NCBI GenBank assembly: GCA_025839675.1
Contig: CP104013.1
Span: 3,690,001 to 3,722,000 of the forward strand
Source: Candidatus Lokiarchaeum ossiferum
Lineage (GTDB): Archaea; Asgardarchaeota; Lokiarchaeia; Sigyniarchaeales; Promethearchaeaceae
Length of the DNA: 32,000 nucleotides
Reading direction: 5' to 3'
This document shows, one piece after another, positions 8,509 to 17,774 of the stretch (position 1 is its first letter; each line of letters begins with the position of its first letter). The notes under the pieces were generated by a model, which did no database searches, had not been told where the DNA came from, and saw only the letters and a program-made list of their open reading frames with translations. The position numbers and the translations under genes were made by a program.

Positions 8509-9019
8509 TTATATCACCAAAGTTAATTATTTTAATTAACTTATTATGGAGAATATATACTAATCCTTTATAAATAACTAAGCACTATTTGCACATATTT
8601 TCTGAATAAAATGTATAATTAACACATACTTAAATCGTCATGGGATTGATAATTGTAGAGATCTATACCGATTCAAAAAACGGAATTTATTTTTGATAAT
8701 TTGGTTAATAATTTACCTTAAAGTCTATAATCTGATGTATCTTCCATTAATCATCATATTCATGAAATCAGAAATAATTATGGGGGGTCTATAACCAAGA
8801 AAGTGCTAATAATTCGATTTATTAATCTTTCAGTAAAATTTTTATCGCGATCTCTCAAAAATTCCCAAAAAATTTTCAAACGGGCAGAAACATCGAATCA
8901 TAGCAAAATGGTCAGATCCTTTTTGTCGGAGAATATTGATTCCGAATTCAAAATACCAGCACAATTATTAATGGAATTGCCAAACATTTAAATATCTAAC
9001 CTACCATATTAAAATTAGT

Positions 9020-9056
9020 AGTACTCAAATTTTCATCTTGAAGGTTTTGAGTTACT
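9020..9056 (+). promoter_or_regulatory. Imperfect hairpin in the histone gene leader, followed by a GGAGG Shine-Dalgarno at 9063-9067
   Basis: agtactcaaa (9020-9029) pairs with tttgagt(t)act (9046-9056), giving 10 bp with one bulged T and a 16-nt loop. GGAGG lies 11 nt before ATG 9078. Confidence 0.35.
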
Positions 9057-9077
9057 TCTATCGGAGGATTATAAAAA

Positions 9078-9287
9078 ATGAAAGTATTCGCATGGTCTCC
9101 TATTCGAGAACTCATGAAAAAATCCGGCGCAGAAATGGTCAGCCGAGATGCTGTTGATGAATTAATCACCTACTTAGAAAAATACGCCAAAGACTTAACC
9201 AACAAAGCTTTAGAAATGTCCCGACACTCTGGTCGCAAGAAGTTGACCAAAGCTGACATGGAAATGGCTTTAACCTTAGAAATCTAA
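9078..9287 (+). CDS. Archaeal histone (HMfA/B family, single histone fold)
   Basis: The 69-aa ORF MKVFAWSPIRELMKKSGAEMVSRDAVDELITYLEKYAKDLTNKALEMSRHSGRKKLTKADMEMALTLEI aligns by eye along its whole length to HMfB (..PIAPIGRIIKDAGAERVSDDA...ARHAGRKTIKAEDIELA..). It has a good SD and a T9 terminator. Confidence 0.93.
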   Translation: MKVFAWSPIRELMKKSGAEMVSRDAVDELITYLEKYAKDLTNKALEMSRHSGRKKLTKADMEMALTLEI

Positions 9288-9318
9288 AATAAGAATTGGC
9301 ATTTTCTCAAGTCAACAC

Positions 9319-9327
9319 TTTTTTTTT
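9319..9327 (+). terminator. Oligo-T (T9) terminator after the histone gene
   Basis: T9 run 32 nt downstream of the histone stop codon. Confidence 0.5.
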
Positions 9328-9547
9328 CCCCTTTCTTATAACCATAACAAGCGACATTTCATTGCTTAAAAAATTTGAAGAGATACCCGATATTAATAGA
9401 TGTATCCATTTTCATAAAAAATAGTTCAAATCATTCAAAGGATCCGTTCTTCTTAATAAAAAATATTTTTTCCACATAACTTAAAAGATCAGGAATCGCT
9501 ATAAAAGATTAAACCCAAATTTATATAGATTGACCCTAAACTATTGT

Positions 9548-10621
9548 ATGGGAAAAGTTTCTGATCAACGCAAAGGGATTCAATTATTTTTGGGATTAAT
9601 TCTCATAGCTTCCATACCACTAATTAGCGTCATGATCATTGCCTATCGCCCTGAAAAAATAACTTCGAATGAAAACTTTTTTACAAATACCATAAAAGGG
9701 GATCCGGGAGTTGATATTGCAAATTATTCCCTAATTATCAACGGGGAAATTGAAAATCAGTTGAATTACTCCTATGATGAATTCAAAGCACTCCCCAATA
9801 CTACTTTCATAGCAACATTGCAATGTGTTGAGGGACCTTCTTCCACAGCTGAGTTTACTGGAGTGTTAGTTAGTGATTTGCTCGATCTCGCAATTATCAA
9901 TGCCACAGCCCATGATGTAATTTTTTATGGTCTCGATGGATATAGTTCTTCGTTAACTATAGAAGAAGTTTATAATAGTACGATTCTCCTTGCCTATGAA
10001 ATGAATGGTGCTCCCTTACCCCCCGAAACTGGATATCCCCTAGGTATTGTGGCTCCAGGGCATTTAGGTTATAAGTGGGTCCAATGGGTTTATGAAATTA
10101 AAGTTACCACTGAAGATTATCATGGGTATTGGGAATCAAGGGGGTGGGCCGATGATGCGCAATACGATATCGTGTCAGGTTGGGAAATGCATGCCATATT
10201 ATTTTCCATTGCATTCTTTTTTGGCGTTCTGGCTCAAAGTACAGGCTTGAAATTTACTGCAAGGGAATCAAGGATGAAAGAGCTTCCAAAATTTGTAAAT
10301 TCTCAATTTCATCTGGTTGTTTCGATAACCTATATTCTCTCCATCATTGGGATCTTAGTCTATTGGAGTGTAGTCACTTATAATCGGCGGGGAAATCTGT
10401 TTTATACCTTGCACGGATGGACTGCCTTGCTTTCCGTGCTTTTTCATATAATCGGAGGTATTTTAGGAAGACAGCGTTCCATGAATCGGAAAAAAAACCG
10501 AGAAAAACACTTCAATTTTCATCTTGTTGGATTTCTTCTATTTTGCTTCACAATTTTTTTGGGAATCTTGCGAACTACTAACTATGGGGTATCCTTCGGC
10601 TCCTATTTTAATTTTTCTTAA
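9548..10621 (+). CDS. Molybdopterin-dependent oxidoreductase domain (sulfite oxidase / YedY-MsrP family) fused to a C-terminal His-bearing 4-TM module
   Basis: N-terminal anchor is GIQLFLGLILIASIPLISVMIIAY. The Moco-oxidoreductase pattern is YSLIINGEIENQLNYSYDEFKALP...ATLQCVEG...FTGVLVSDLL...LLAYEMNGAPLPPETGYPLGIVAPGHLGYKWVQWVYEIKV. Four TM segments follow with His residues (MHAILF, FHLVV, LHGW..FHIIGG, FHLVGF). The track starts at TTG 9530. I prefer ATG 9548. Confidence 0.8.
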   Translation: MGKVSDQRKGIQLFLGLILIASIPLISVMIIAYRPEKITSNENFFTNTIKGDPGVDIANYSLIINGEIENQLNYSYDEFKALPNTTFIATLQCVEGPSSTAEFTGVLVSDLLDLAIINATAHDVIFYGLDGYSSSLTIEEVYNSTILLAYEMNGAPLPPETGYPLGIVAPGHLGYKWVQWVYEIKVTTEDYHGYWESRGWADDAQYDIVSGWEMHAILFSIAFFFGVLAQSTGLKFTARESRMKELPKFVNSQFHLVVSITYILSIIGILVYWSVVTYNRRGNLFYTLHGWTALLSVLFHIIGGILGRQRSMNRKKNREKHFNFHLVGFLLFCFTIFLGILRTTNYGVSFGSYFNFS

Positions 10622-11129
10622 AGGGGCGTTTCTTTTTTTTCATAAACAAGCTCAGGATTAGTGCAGACATACCTGCGAAAAATTGAATATATATTGAAAA
10701 ACTAGGTGTGAAATCAGAGGGTCCCCAAAAAATGGAATACCCTCGATCCAGAATATGAAGCAAATACCAGATAGCCAAAAGTAAGACTGGAGTTGAAATC
10801 ATTAAAATTCCGCCTATAATTGCTAATTTTCCGTTAAAATCATTTCTTGAAGATATTTTAAAGGTAGATTTAAAAATCAAACCACAACCCACCAAGATCA
10901 CAATAACGGCAAAGAGTGCTGGGATTAAAAACTCCGTTTGAAAATTAGAATATACTACAACTTCGTCTGATCTTAATGCGGAACCAAATACTAAGCCAAA
11001 TGCCCAAAAATGATATAAATAATTTGGACTTACATGAAACATCACCGGTGTTAAAACTGATATGAAGCCAATACATCCGGTTAAACTAAGAAGTATTTTT
11101 TGAATTTTGAATTTTTTTTCCATAATCAA
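10608..11129 (-). CDS. Integral membrane protein (about 5 TM), function unknown
   Basis: 173-aa ORF with multiple hydrophobic segments and a basic C-terminal tail (KKKKRPFKKN). Its 3' end overlaps the convergent 9548-10621 gene by 14 nt. Confidence 0.6.
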   Translation of the reverse strand: MIMEKKFKIQKILLSLTGCIGFISVLTPVMFHVSPNYLYHFWAFGLVFGSALRSDEVVVYSNFQTEFLIPALFAVIVILVGCGLIFKSTFKISSRNDFNGKLAIIGGILMISTPVLLLAIWYLLHILDRGYSIFWGPSDFTPSFSIYIQFFAGMSALILSLFMKKKKRPFKKN

Positions 11130-11307
11130 GAATTATCTATGGGCAATTAGTATAAAATTGCTAAACCTCAATTGTTTTGGTTAAGCCAGTTTTTTATGAA
11201 CAGCAAATTTAAATAGTATTCAATGCCCAAAACATGTCAGAATTGACCCATTTTGACGAATTCGGCTATTTATTGTAAAAAAGGAGAAATATATTTTTAA
11301 AAGCCCA

Positions 11308-12081
11308 TTAAAAAAAACTCTGGGCAAGATATTTTTGAACCCGTTCTGGAGACAGAAAGGGACTATTTTGCTCTCGCAGTTTAGATTGGGCATCAATACT
11401 AAAATTTTTCCCAAAAATAATCTCTAAATCGGTCAGGCGCTCTCTTAATTTTTCACCTGACAATCCTCCAGCAATAATTAAATTGAATCCTTTCAATAAT
11501 TGCTGAATTCTTTGCATTTGCATAAGGTTTAGGGAAATTCCTTTCCCTTGAGAATAATCAATCAAGATATAGGAGATTATTTCCTTGAGTCTATTCAAGT
11601 CTTCTGTTATAAAATACTCAAGGTCTAGGTTTTGATAAGTAGGATTCAGTTGAAATATTAACTGTAAATGCGGAAATTGTGCATGGAGGGAAGTATAAAT
11701 TTCGGAATGAAATTGTTTCTGAGATATATTGAGTTGCAATCCACAATGAAGATGGGGTATTTTAGTGAAGAGTTTAGTAAAAAAGAGTGATAGGAGATCC
11801 ACATCAACCACTTCCTTTTTCCGAATATTATAATGCAGAACTGGTAAAACCTCTGGAAACGATTGAAAACAATAAAGAAAGAGGTCTTTGGTATGTTGAA
11901 CACGCTGAGTATCAGATTTAAGTTTGTATTGAGAGAGTAAAATTCCCAAGGCTAATTTTCGATAGGATTTATCTGACTTGGCTTTTAAAATTGCGAATTG
12001 ATGACAGATGGTAGAGATTTCTTCTTGGGAAAAAATTCCAACAACACTAACGATTTCGGGTACTTCCATATATACTACCAT
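11308..12081 (-). CDS. Divergent TIM-barrel protein resembling phosphoribosylanthranilate isomerase (TrpF-like)
   Basis: 257-aa ORF. VSVVGIFSQEEIS resembles the TrpF N-terminal KICGIT..ED. ILIDYSQGKGISLNL resembles LLDS..GGTG..FDW. LIIAGGLSGEKL resembles ILAGGLNPENV. FSIDAQSKL resembles GVDVSSGVE. The resemblance is weak and by eye only. Confidence 0.35.
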   Translation of the reverse strand: MVVYMEVPEIVSVVGIFSQEEISTICHQFAILKAKSDKSYRKLALGILLSQYKLKSDTQRVQHTKDLFLYCFQSFPEVLPVLHYNIRKKEVVDVDLLSLFFTKLFTKIPHLHCGLQLNISQKQFHSEIYTSLHAQFPHLQLIFQLNPTYQNLDLEYFITEDLNRLKEIISYILIDYSQGKGISLNLMQMQRIQQLLKGFNLIIAGGLSGEKLRERLTDLEIIFGKNFSIDAQSKLREQNSPFLSPERVQKYLAQSFF

Positions 12082-12167
12082 TAGGAGATCTGGCCATAAA
12101 TAGTTTCTATCAAATTGAAGTTGAAGGTTTTATAAGAGATGTTTAGAATAAGAAAAAAAGAGAAGGA

Positions 12168-13295
12168 TTATATCTTCCATTTACCCGCTTGATAGATGAC
12201 TTTACCATCTGCAATGATTTGTGATTCTTCGCTCTTCATATCCTTTAAAATATCCCAGTGGATAGGACATTGTAAATTTTCACTGCCTGTATCTGGAAAT
12301 CCTCTCCCAATGGCCATATGAAGGGTACCGCCCATTTTCTCATCAAAGAGCATGTTTTTGGTAAATTGTTGGATCCCGTAATTTGTTCCCACAGCAAATT
12401 CTCCAACTAAATCTGTATTTTCAATAGATAATAAGGAGTCTAACAACTCTTGTCCTTTTTCAGCAGTGGCTTTAATGACCCGACCATCCTTGAAATCCAA
12501 TCGAATGTTCTCAATTTCTTTACTCTGGTAAATACCAGGATATGTAAATCGAATATGGCCGTTAATGGAATTCTCAACAGGACTTGTAAATACTTCCCCA
12601 TCTGGGAGATTATTATGTCCACAAGAATTTTTCCAGGGACGTCCTTTTACAGAGAGAGTAAGATCCGTATCTTCGCCTAAAACATGGATTTGGTCGATTT
12701 TATTCAATTGTTCTGTAATATTCGCTTGTTCAATTTCTATTTGTTTCCATACTTCTGCTGGATTTTCAGCATCAAGATGTAACGCTTTATAAACAAACTC
12801 CTTATAGGCTTCAGTATCCATTTTTGCATCTTGGGCTAGTACATCACAAGCATAGGGTATTATACACCATTTCAATTCCTTTTTACTTACTCTTTCTTGA
12901 AATACGCCCATAAACTCAATAAATTCTGGCGAGCTTTGTGACATTTTCAATTTTTCTGGAGGAATAAGACTCAATTTCTGGCGATTGTAATCTGCCATAA
13001 TTTGTAAATATCCTTGGTAAGTTTCTACTCCTTTTTTTTGCATGGGGCTGATAAATTTAATTTGATCATCATTGCCATAACGAAGTCTCGCCACTTGTAA
13101 TCCTTTTAATGCACATTGAACTGTAGGATGACCTCCTGCCTTCAACACTTCGATAAAAAGTGCTTTTAAGAGATCGTTCGCAATTTCAGATCCATCAAGA
13201 AGGATCATATCACCCGGTTTCACATCCAACGCATAGCGAATGGCAAGGATGGCTAGCTTTTCATTGAAATCATTTAACATTTTTGTCAAAACCAA
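12168..13295 (-). CDS. Aminopeptidase, peptidase family M29 (AmpS/PepS/aminopeptidase T type)
   Basis: 375-aa ORF. KLAILAIRYALDVKPGDMILL, NLPDGEVFTSP, GEFAVGTNYGI, MLFDEKMGGTLHMAIGRGF and HWDILKD match the conserved blocks of Thermus aminopeptidase T (LPTEEVFTAP, LFDENAASHIAFG, HVDWMI). Confidence 0.88.
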   Translation of the reverse strand: MVLTKMLNDFNEKLAILAIRYALDVKPGDMILLDGSEIANDLLKALFIEVLKAGGHPTVQCALKGLQVARLRYGNDDQIKFISPMQKKGVETYQGYLQIMADYNRQKLSLIPPEKLKMSQSSPEFIEFMGVFQERVSKKELKWCIIPYACDVLAQDAKMDTEAYKEFVYKALHLDAENPAEVWKQIEIEQANITEQLNKIDQIHVLGEDTDLTLSVKGRPWKNSCGHNNLPDGEVFTSPVENSINGHIRFTYPGIYQSKEIENIRLDFKDGRVIKATAEKGQELLDSLLSIENTDLVGEFAVGTNYGIQQFTKNMLFDEKMGGTLHMAIGRGFPDTGSENLQCPIHWDILKDMKSEESQIIADGKVIYQAGKWKI

Positions 13296-13384
13296 TTTAT
13301 AATTACCTTAAGAGAATATGTGGTTATTATGCTAAAAAGCGTTTCTTTATCACCAAACCCTTTTTATTAAATAATTGACTGCTA

Positions 13385-13864
13385 TCAGTCAATAATTGAA
13401 TAACGGTAAAAGAAATCCTGCAGTAGAGCTTGAAATGCTTCTATGTGAGGACATGTAATCAATAACTGCGTTTGTGACTTCACAACAACACCCATTTCTG
13501 GATGGACATAGTTCAGATATTCAAAAACTAGTTTTTGAGTTAATTCTGCATACTTTTGATCAAAATGAAATTCAAAAGAAAACCCTCGATCAGGAAAATC
13601 TGTTAAATCAAAAGGAGGCTTTTGGTCTGAGACTTTTTCTTTCATTTTTTCTTGCTCCTTCGTTAAACTTTGAGTGATTCGGTGAAAATATTCAAAATTT
13701 TCGTAGATGAGTAACACTCCTTTTTCAAAGGGCTCAAATTCGATTTTCAAGTCTTCATGCAAAATCTTTTTTTGGGAATAATAATATGCTATTTTACTAA
13801 AGAAGGAGAGAATTTCGGCATTATTCACAATAATTTTGATAATAAATGGATTTTGCAAAGCCAT
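13385..13864 (-). CDS. Hypothetical cytoplasmic protein
   Basis: 159-aa ORF with no TM segments and no motif I recognise. It is supported only by ORF length and coding-like composition. Confidence 0.5.
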   Translation of the reverse strand: MALQNPFIIKIIVNNAEILSFFSKIAYYYSQKKILHEDLKIEFEPFEKGVLLIYENFEYFHRITQSLTKEQEKMKEKVSDQKPPFDLTDFPDRGFSFEFHFDQKYAELTQKLVFEYLNYVHPEMGVVVKSQTQLLITCPHIEAFQALLQDFFYRYSIID

Positions 13865-13962
13865 ATTATTAATTGGGATCTTAAAAATATTAATTTTGTC
13901 GTGAATCAGTAAAAAAAATACTGATTAATGGTTTGCATTCTGAGTTAAAGAGGAAGAAAAAA

Positions 13963-14298
13963 ATGACTAACGTAATATCAACACGTTTAGAAGAAAACGA
14001 AATTAAAATTTTGAACGAAATTTCTCAAAAAGAGCACATTGATCGATCCGCTCTAATGAGAAAGTTTCTCTTATTGCAAATGCAAGAATATCGAATGAAA
14101 GAATACTCCGAAAAATATCGAAAAGGTATAGTTAGTATGGCGGAAGCAGCAACTCTCGCAGATGTTTCTATTTATTCTATGATGGAGTATTGTCTTCGGG
14201 AACAAATCTGTCCCCCTCCCCCTACTGAAAAAGAACTTCATGAAGAAATTCAAAATTCCCAGACTTTGTTCCAAGAATTGGATAATGAACAACAGTAA
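13963..14298 (+). CDS. Ribbon-helix-helix (CopG-like) plus UPF0175-like HTH fusion protein, an antitoxin-type DNA-binding protein
   Basis: ISTRLEENEIKILNEISQKEHIDRSALMRKFL has the RHH strand-helix-helix pattern. YRKGIVSMAEAATLADVSIYSMMEYCLREQI matches the UPF0175 pattern (G.lSlg.AAelaG.s..ef...L.e.gI). The track uses TTG 13933. ATG 13963 is preferred. Confidence 0.65.
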   Translation: MTNVISTRLEENEIKILNEISQKEHIDRSALMRKFLLLQMQEYRMKEYSEKYRKGIVSMAEAATLADVSIYSMMEYCLREQICPPPPTEKELHEEIQNSQTLFQELDNEQQ

Positions 14299-14421
14299 AA
14301 TATTCTTTTCTGATACTTAGGATCTGATAGAATCTCGATAAAAGAAATCGTGCCTAAGTGATTGAAGCGTATCTAAATTAAGACAATAAATCATTAATTG
14401 CGATATAGAAAGGAGAAAAAA

Positions 14422-17400
14422 TTAAAACTTGTAGAAATACTGATTGATCGGTTTCCGCATTCGGAAGTAAGTGCTGGTGAAATACAGTAGAAAAGAAAAT
14501 CCCACTAAAACACCTAGTACCAAAGCAAGTTCTGGAAAATTGAACATTACTGGGAGGTTATATTTATATACGGACCACGACCCATAACCCCCTGTTATGG
14601 AATAACTTTTCATCCAGGCCCAAGAAGTTATGAATCCTCCCACCAGTCCAATGAATAATGAAAGACTGAAGATCACAACTAATTGGGTGATAACAAATCC
14701 CACTAATTTCTTTTTTCCAAATCCTCTGACTAACATAAGTCCATGAAATTGTTCATTTTCTCGTTGGAAATTTAAATTGGTGATAGCTAATCCGAGGGTG
14801 CATAGGAATCCGATGATTAATAGATTTATATATAACATGCTAAAATACGCGGTGCTTGTATATCCTGCTGATGGTTGAAGAGTGAAAGAGTTTTGGGTCA
14901 GGGAATTCCATTCATGATCATAAAAAGTGAAGGTAGGTGCGTGAAGATTTGGAGGCGCGATTTTACTAATTTCTTGGGTGAGGTTTTCAAGATTTTCTAA
15001 AATAGACATATCAACATCGAGAAAAACCTTCAATTGGCCTATTTGAACTTGTTTAAAGGAAGTATTTAAGAATTGACGATCAATTAACATCATTTCTCCA
15101 TCAAAAGCACCACCTCCATACCAAGAACCTTGATCTTTGCTAGTTATGAAATCTGGGGTTATTCCTGGAAGTAAATTAACTTCCTGAAGTATTTTGACTT
15201 GAATTGGAATTGTTTCATTGAAATCATCTGACACCTCATAAGTATGTTGCTGAATTTCAATGACATTTCCAACTTCAACATTATGATTTTCTAAAAAATC
15301 ATGATTGACAATGACACCTGGGATAGAATTGGCAGAATTTTGATTGAAATCGATTATATCTTGGATTTGAAGAACTAATTGTCTATTGGGAATGAGGTAA
15401 CCATTTTCGCTAATCATTGCCAAGTATTTAGTGAAATCCAAATAGGAAACCATCCCTCGATCTTCAATTCCAAAATTCATCCACCAAAATGATTTTTGTT
15501 GATAATTATTGATGACAAGTGATACAACTGAATTTATAAGCAAATCTCCATTTTGATTTTGGATTTTTAATAGATTTTCTTCAAATAATTCAAGAGAAGA
15601 CACATTTAAAATCATAGGTGTAAAACCATCTTCTTTATCAGATTGATTAAATGGAGAAGCCATTTTTATTTGAATATCCGCCCCAGTTTCAAAATTATCT
15701 TTTATTAAATCCTCACGATGCACAGTATTGATATTAACATTGGCAAAGACAAGTAATGAAGCGAAGAGACTTAACAAGAAGATCATCTGACGATATGGTT
15801 TTCTTCGAATCAATTCTAACCCAATTAATGTTGAATGCTCCTTCATAAAACAAGATGCAATTTTTTTCGATACCCGTGCAAATCTTATGGGTGATTCTAC
15901 GACAAAATATCTAACAATACCAATGATCAGCAATACTGGCATCAAAAATGAAAGAACAGATAAAATTCCTGAAAATTCTTCAATCTTTGCGCTAATTTCA
16001 AGAAACACATCGGGAATACTTGGTATAGTTCCAATCAGATAAATCAGAGTTATTACAAAAGGAATTAATGTGGGTATGATCAGTTTTAATCCCCATTTGG
16101 ATATTTTCTTTTCTGCCTTTTCTATTGGTGTCTCATATAGATTATGATCTTTTCCATTATTTTCTGCATCAAGTTTTCCACTTTCTTCATATATGAGCTC
16201 ACTATACAGTGAATTCAAACCATTTTTATCCAACTCTGCCTGCATCTGATGAATTTTCAAGCGTTTTAATTTATAAAACGTATAAATGCTCCCTAGGGCT
16301 GCTAGCGTGATGCAATATAAGAAATTAGTTACAAATGTTCCAAATCTAAAAATTAAAGGAATAAGAGTTGATGGGGGTGCATCAATTTCGTTGAAATAAT
16401 AATGGGTTATAGTTCCATAACGATCAATTTGGACATGATAATTATGTAGAAATTGTCCATTAAGCCATGGTTGAACAATATAAAATACTCCAATCGCAAG
16501 TAAGATGCTGATTAATGAAGCAACTATTCCAATCATTAAGGATTCTAATAGTAACTGATTTCGAATGACATTTTTTGGCATCCCCTTTGTTCTCATGTAG
16601 AGGAATTCATCGAAACGAGATTTAAATCGTAAATTTATTGCTATTGATCCCAAAAATAAAGAAAAAATTATCACTGGGATGGTTGTCAAAGCAATTTTTG
16701 CACGTTTTTCAATGTCCTTATCTAGATCTCCTGTGATCGCAGAATCGATATTGTTTCTAATTATAATATTTGATGGGATTTCATTGGATAAAGCATTCAC
16801 TTGACTCCCGATTCGTTGAACTTCACTAGAAAGCGTGTTAACATTAATAGCTTTGCGATCATAACTTAAGCCTATGCCTTTTTCTACTTGATATGTGATC
16901 GAATTATTAATACGGGAATTACAATTTAAATTATTAAAAAATATGTTGAAAGAATGAAATTCTCGTTGAGAATCTTGTTCATAGTCAATCAGACCAAAAA
17001 TTGGGGTCTTGACCAACCCATATTGATATAAATTTGATAGTAAGATATCATCGGAGGATGTGTAAGGAGTATTAAAAAATTCAGTAGTTCCAATTGCATA
17101 GGTGCTACGTTTTGGAGTAAAAATACCCACAATCTTCACATTTTCCCAACTAAAACTCGAAGTGTCATTAATCATAGATGTTTTAATAAAGATAGGGAGT
17201 GCCGAATAAGTCTGAACTTGAAGATTTAAATGCGATGCAAGGAGAGCATCGATGATAATCTCATTTTCATTTTGGGGTGCATATCCTTCAATAATCTGAA
17301 AATAATCTTGGAATCTTTGAGTTGCAAAAAAATCTTTATTAAACAAGGATAAAGACAGTTGACTACTCTCAAATTCTGCTAATCCTGCCGGAATATCCTC

Positions 17401-17754
17401 ACTTTGAGAATAATTCTTAAAAAGTAGAAGATTTGAAGAAGAAATTGTAGTATATTGATCAATTGATTCGAGATCAAGTCTCGATCTACGTGCCTCTTTT
17501 AAATAGTCTGGCTCTTCCCCTTCAAAGCGGTCACTAAAATTTAAGGAACTTTCGGGATGGGAATATTGGTCTAATAAAGAAATATCATAAATATTAACAA
17601 ATTTTTGAGAGAGATTGTAATAATTGGCTCCATTGAAATAAAGGGTAATGCCTGTAATTAAAGAAATAGCTAGACCCAATGAAATAATTGTAAGGATAGA
17701 TTTCTTAATATTATTCGCTGATTGGTTCAAATAAAATGTTGCTGTGATATTCAT
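14422..17754 (-). CDS. ABC transporter permease, MacB/FtsX type, with two FtsX modules and two large extracytoplasmic domains (paralogue B)
   Basis: 1110-aa ORF. It has an N-terminal TM, a ~310-aa external domain containing the MacB-PCD-like IIEGYAPQNENEIIIDALLASHLNL, and 3 TM. After a cytoplasmic linker comes a second TM set, a second external domain beginning GADIQIK, and a final 3-TM FtsX module. An AGGGA SD lies before the ATG. Confidence 0.85.
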   Translation of the reverse strand: MNITATFYLNQSANNIKKSILTIISLGLAISLITGITLYFNGANYYNLSQKFVNIYDISLLDQYSHPESSLNFSDRFEGEEPDYLKEARRSRLDLESIDQYTTISSSNLLLFKNYSQSEDIPAGLAEFESSQLSLSLFNKDFFATQRFQDYFQIIEGYAPQNENEIIIDALLASHLNLQVQTYSALPIFIKTSMINDTSSFSWENVKIVGIFTPKRSTYAIGTTEFFNTPYTSSDDILLSNLYQYGLVKTPIFGLIDYEQDSQREFHSFNIFFNNLNCNSRINNSITYQVEKGIGLSYDRKAINVNTLSSEVQRIGSQVNALSNEIPSNIIIRNNIDSAITGDLDKDIEKRAKIALTTIPVIIFSLFLGSIAINLRFKSRFDEFLYMRTKGMPKNVIRNQLLLESLMIGIVASLISILLAIGVFYIVQPWLNGQFLHNYHVQIDRYGTITHYYFNEIDAPPSTLIPLIFRFGTFVTNFLYCITLAALGSIYTFYKLKRLKIHQMQAELDKNGLNSLYSELIYEESGKLDAENNGKDHNLYETPIEKAEKKISKWGLKLIIPTLIPFVITLIYLIGTIPSIPDVFLEISAKIEEFSGILSVLSFLMPVLLIIGIVRYFVVESPIRFARVSKKIASCFMKEHSTLIGLELIRRKPYRQMIFLLSLFASLLVFANVNINTVHREDLIKDNFETGADIQIKMASPFNQSDKEDGFTPMILNVSSLELFEENLLKIQNQNGDLLINSVVSLVINNYQQKSFWWMNFGIEDRGMVSYLDFTKYLAMISENGYLIPNRQLVLQIQDIIDFNQNSANSIPGVIVNHDFLENHNVEVGNVIEIQQHTYEVSDDFNETIPIQVKILQEVNLLPGITPDFITSKDQGSWYGGGAFDGEMMLIDRQFLNTSFKQVQIGQLKVFLDVDMSILENLENLTQEISKIAPPNLHAPTFTFYDHEWNSLTQNSFTLQPSAGYTSTAYFSMLYINLLIIGFLCTLGLAITNLNFQRENEQFHGLMLVRGFGKKKLVGFVITQLVVIFSLSLFIGLVGGFITSWAWMKSYSITGGYGSWSVYKYNLPVMFNFPELALVLGVLVGFSFLLYFTSTYFRMRKPINQYFYKF

Positions 17755-17774
17755 GTTTTTTCCCTGAAATTCAT

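Noticed and set aside
8803-8991. 62-aa ORF in the 570-bp intergenic region upstream of the histone gene
   Set aside because: It needs a GTG start, has no RBS, and has a basic low-complexity sequence. The region more likely holds the promoters of the divergent 1492-aa gene and the histone gene. It is not excluded as a small protein, but it is unsupported.
9530-9547. TTG start for the Mo-oxidoreductase gene (and likewise TTG 13933 for the RHH gene)
   Set aside because: In-frame ATG codons lie 18 and 30 nt downstream (9548 and 13963) and give sensible N-termini. The TTG starts are only an artefact of taking the longest ORF. The choice remains uncertain.
12440-12792. Three short ORFs (60, 76 and 75 aa) overlapping the M29 aminopeptidase gene
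   Set aside because: They are nested in or antisense to a strongly supported 375-aa enzyme gene, and they have no independent signals.
13385-13864. Possible internal duplication (two beta-alpha-beta-beta-alpha halves) in the 159-aa hypothetical protein
   Set aside because: The resemblance between the halves is only a hydrophobic periodicity. I could not align actual residues convincingly.
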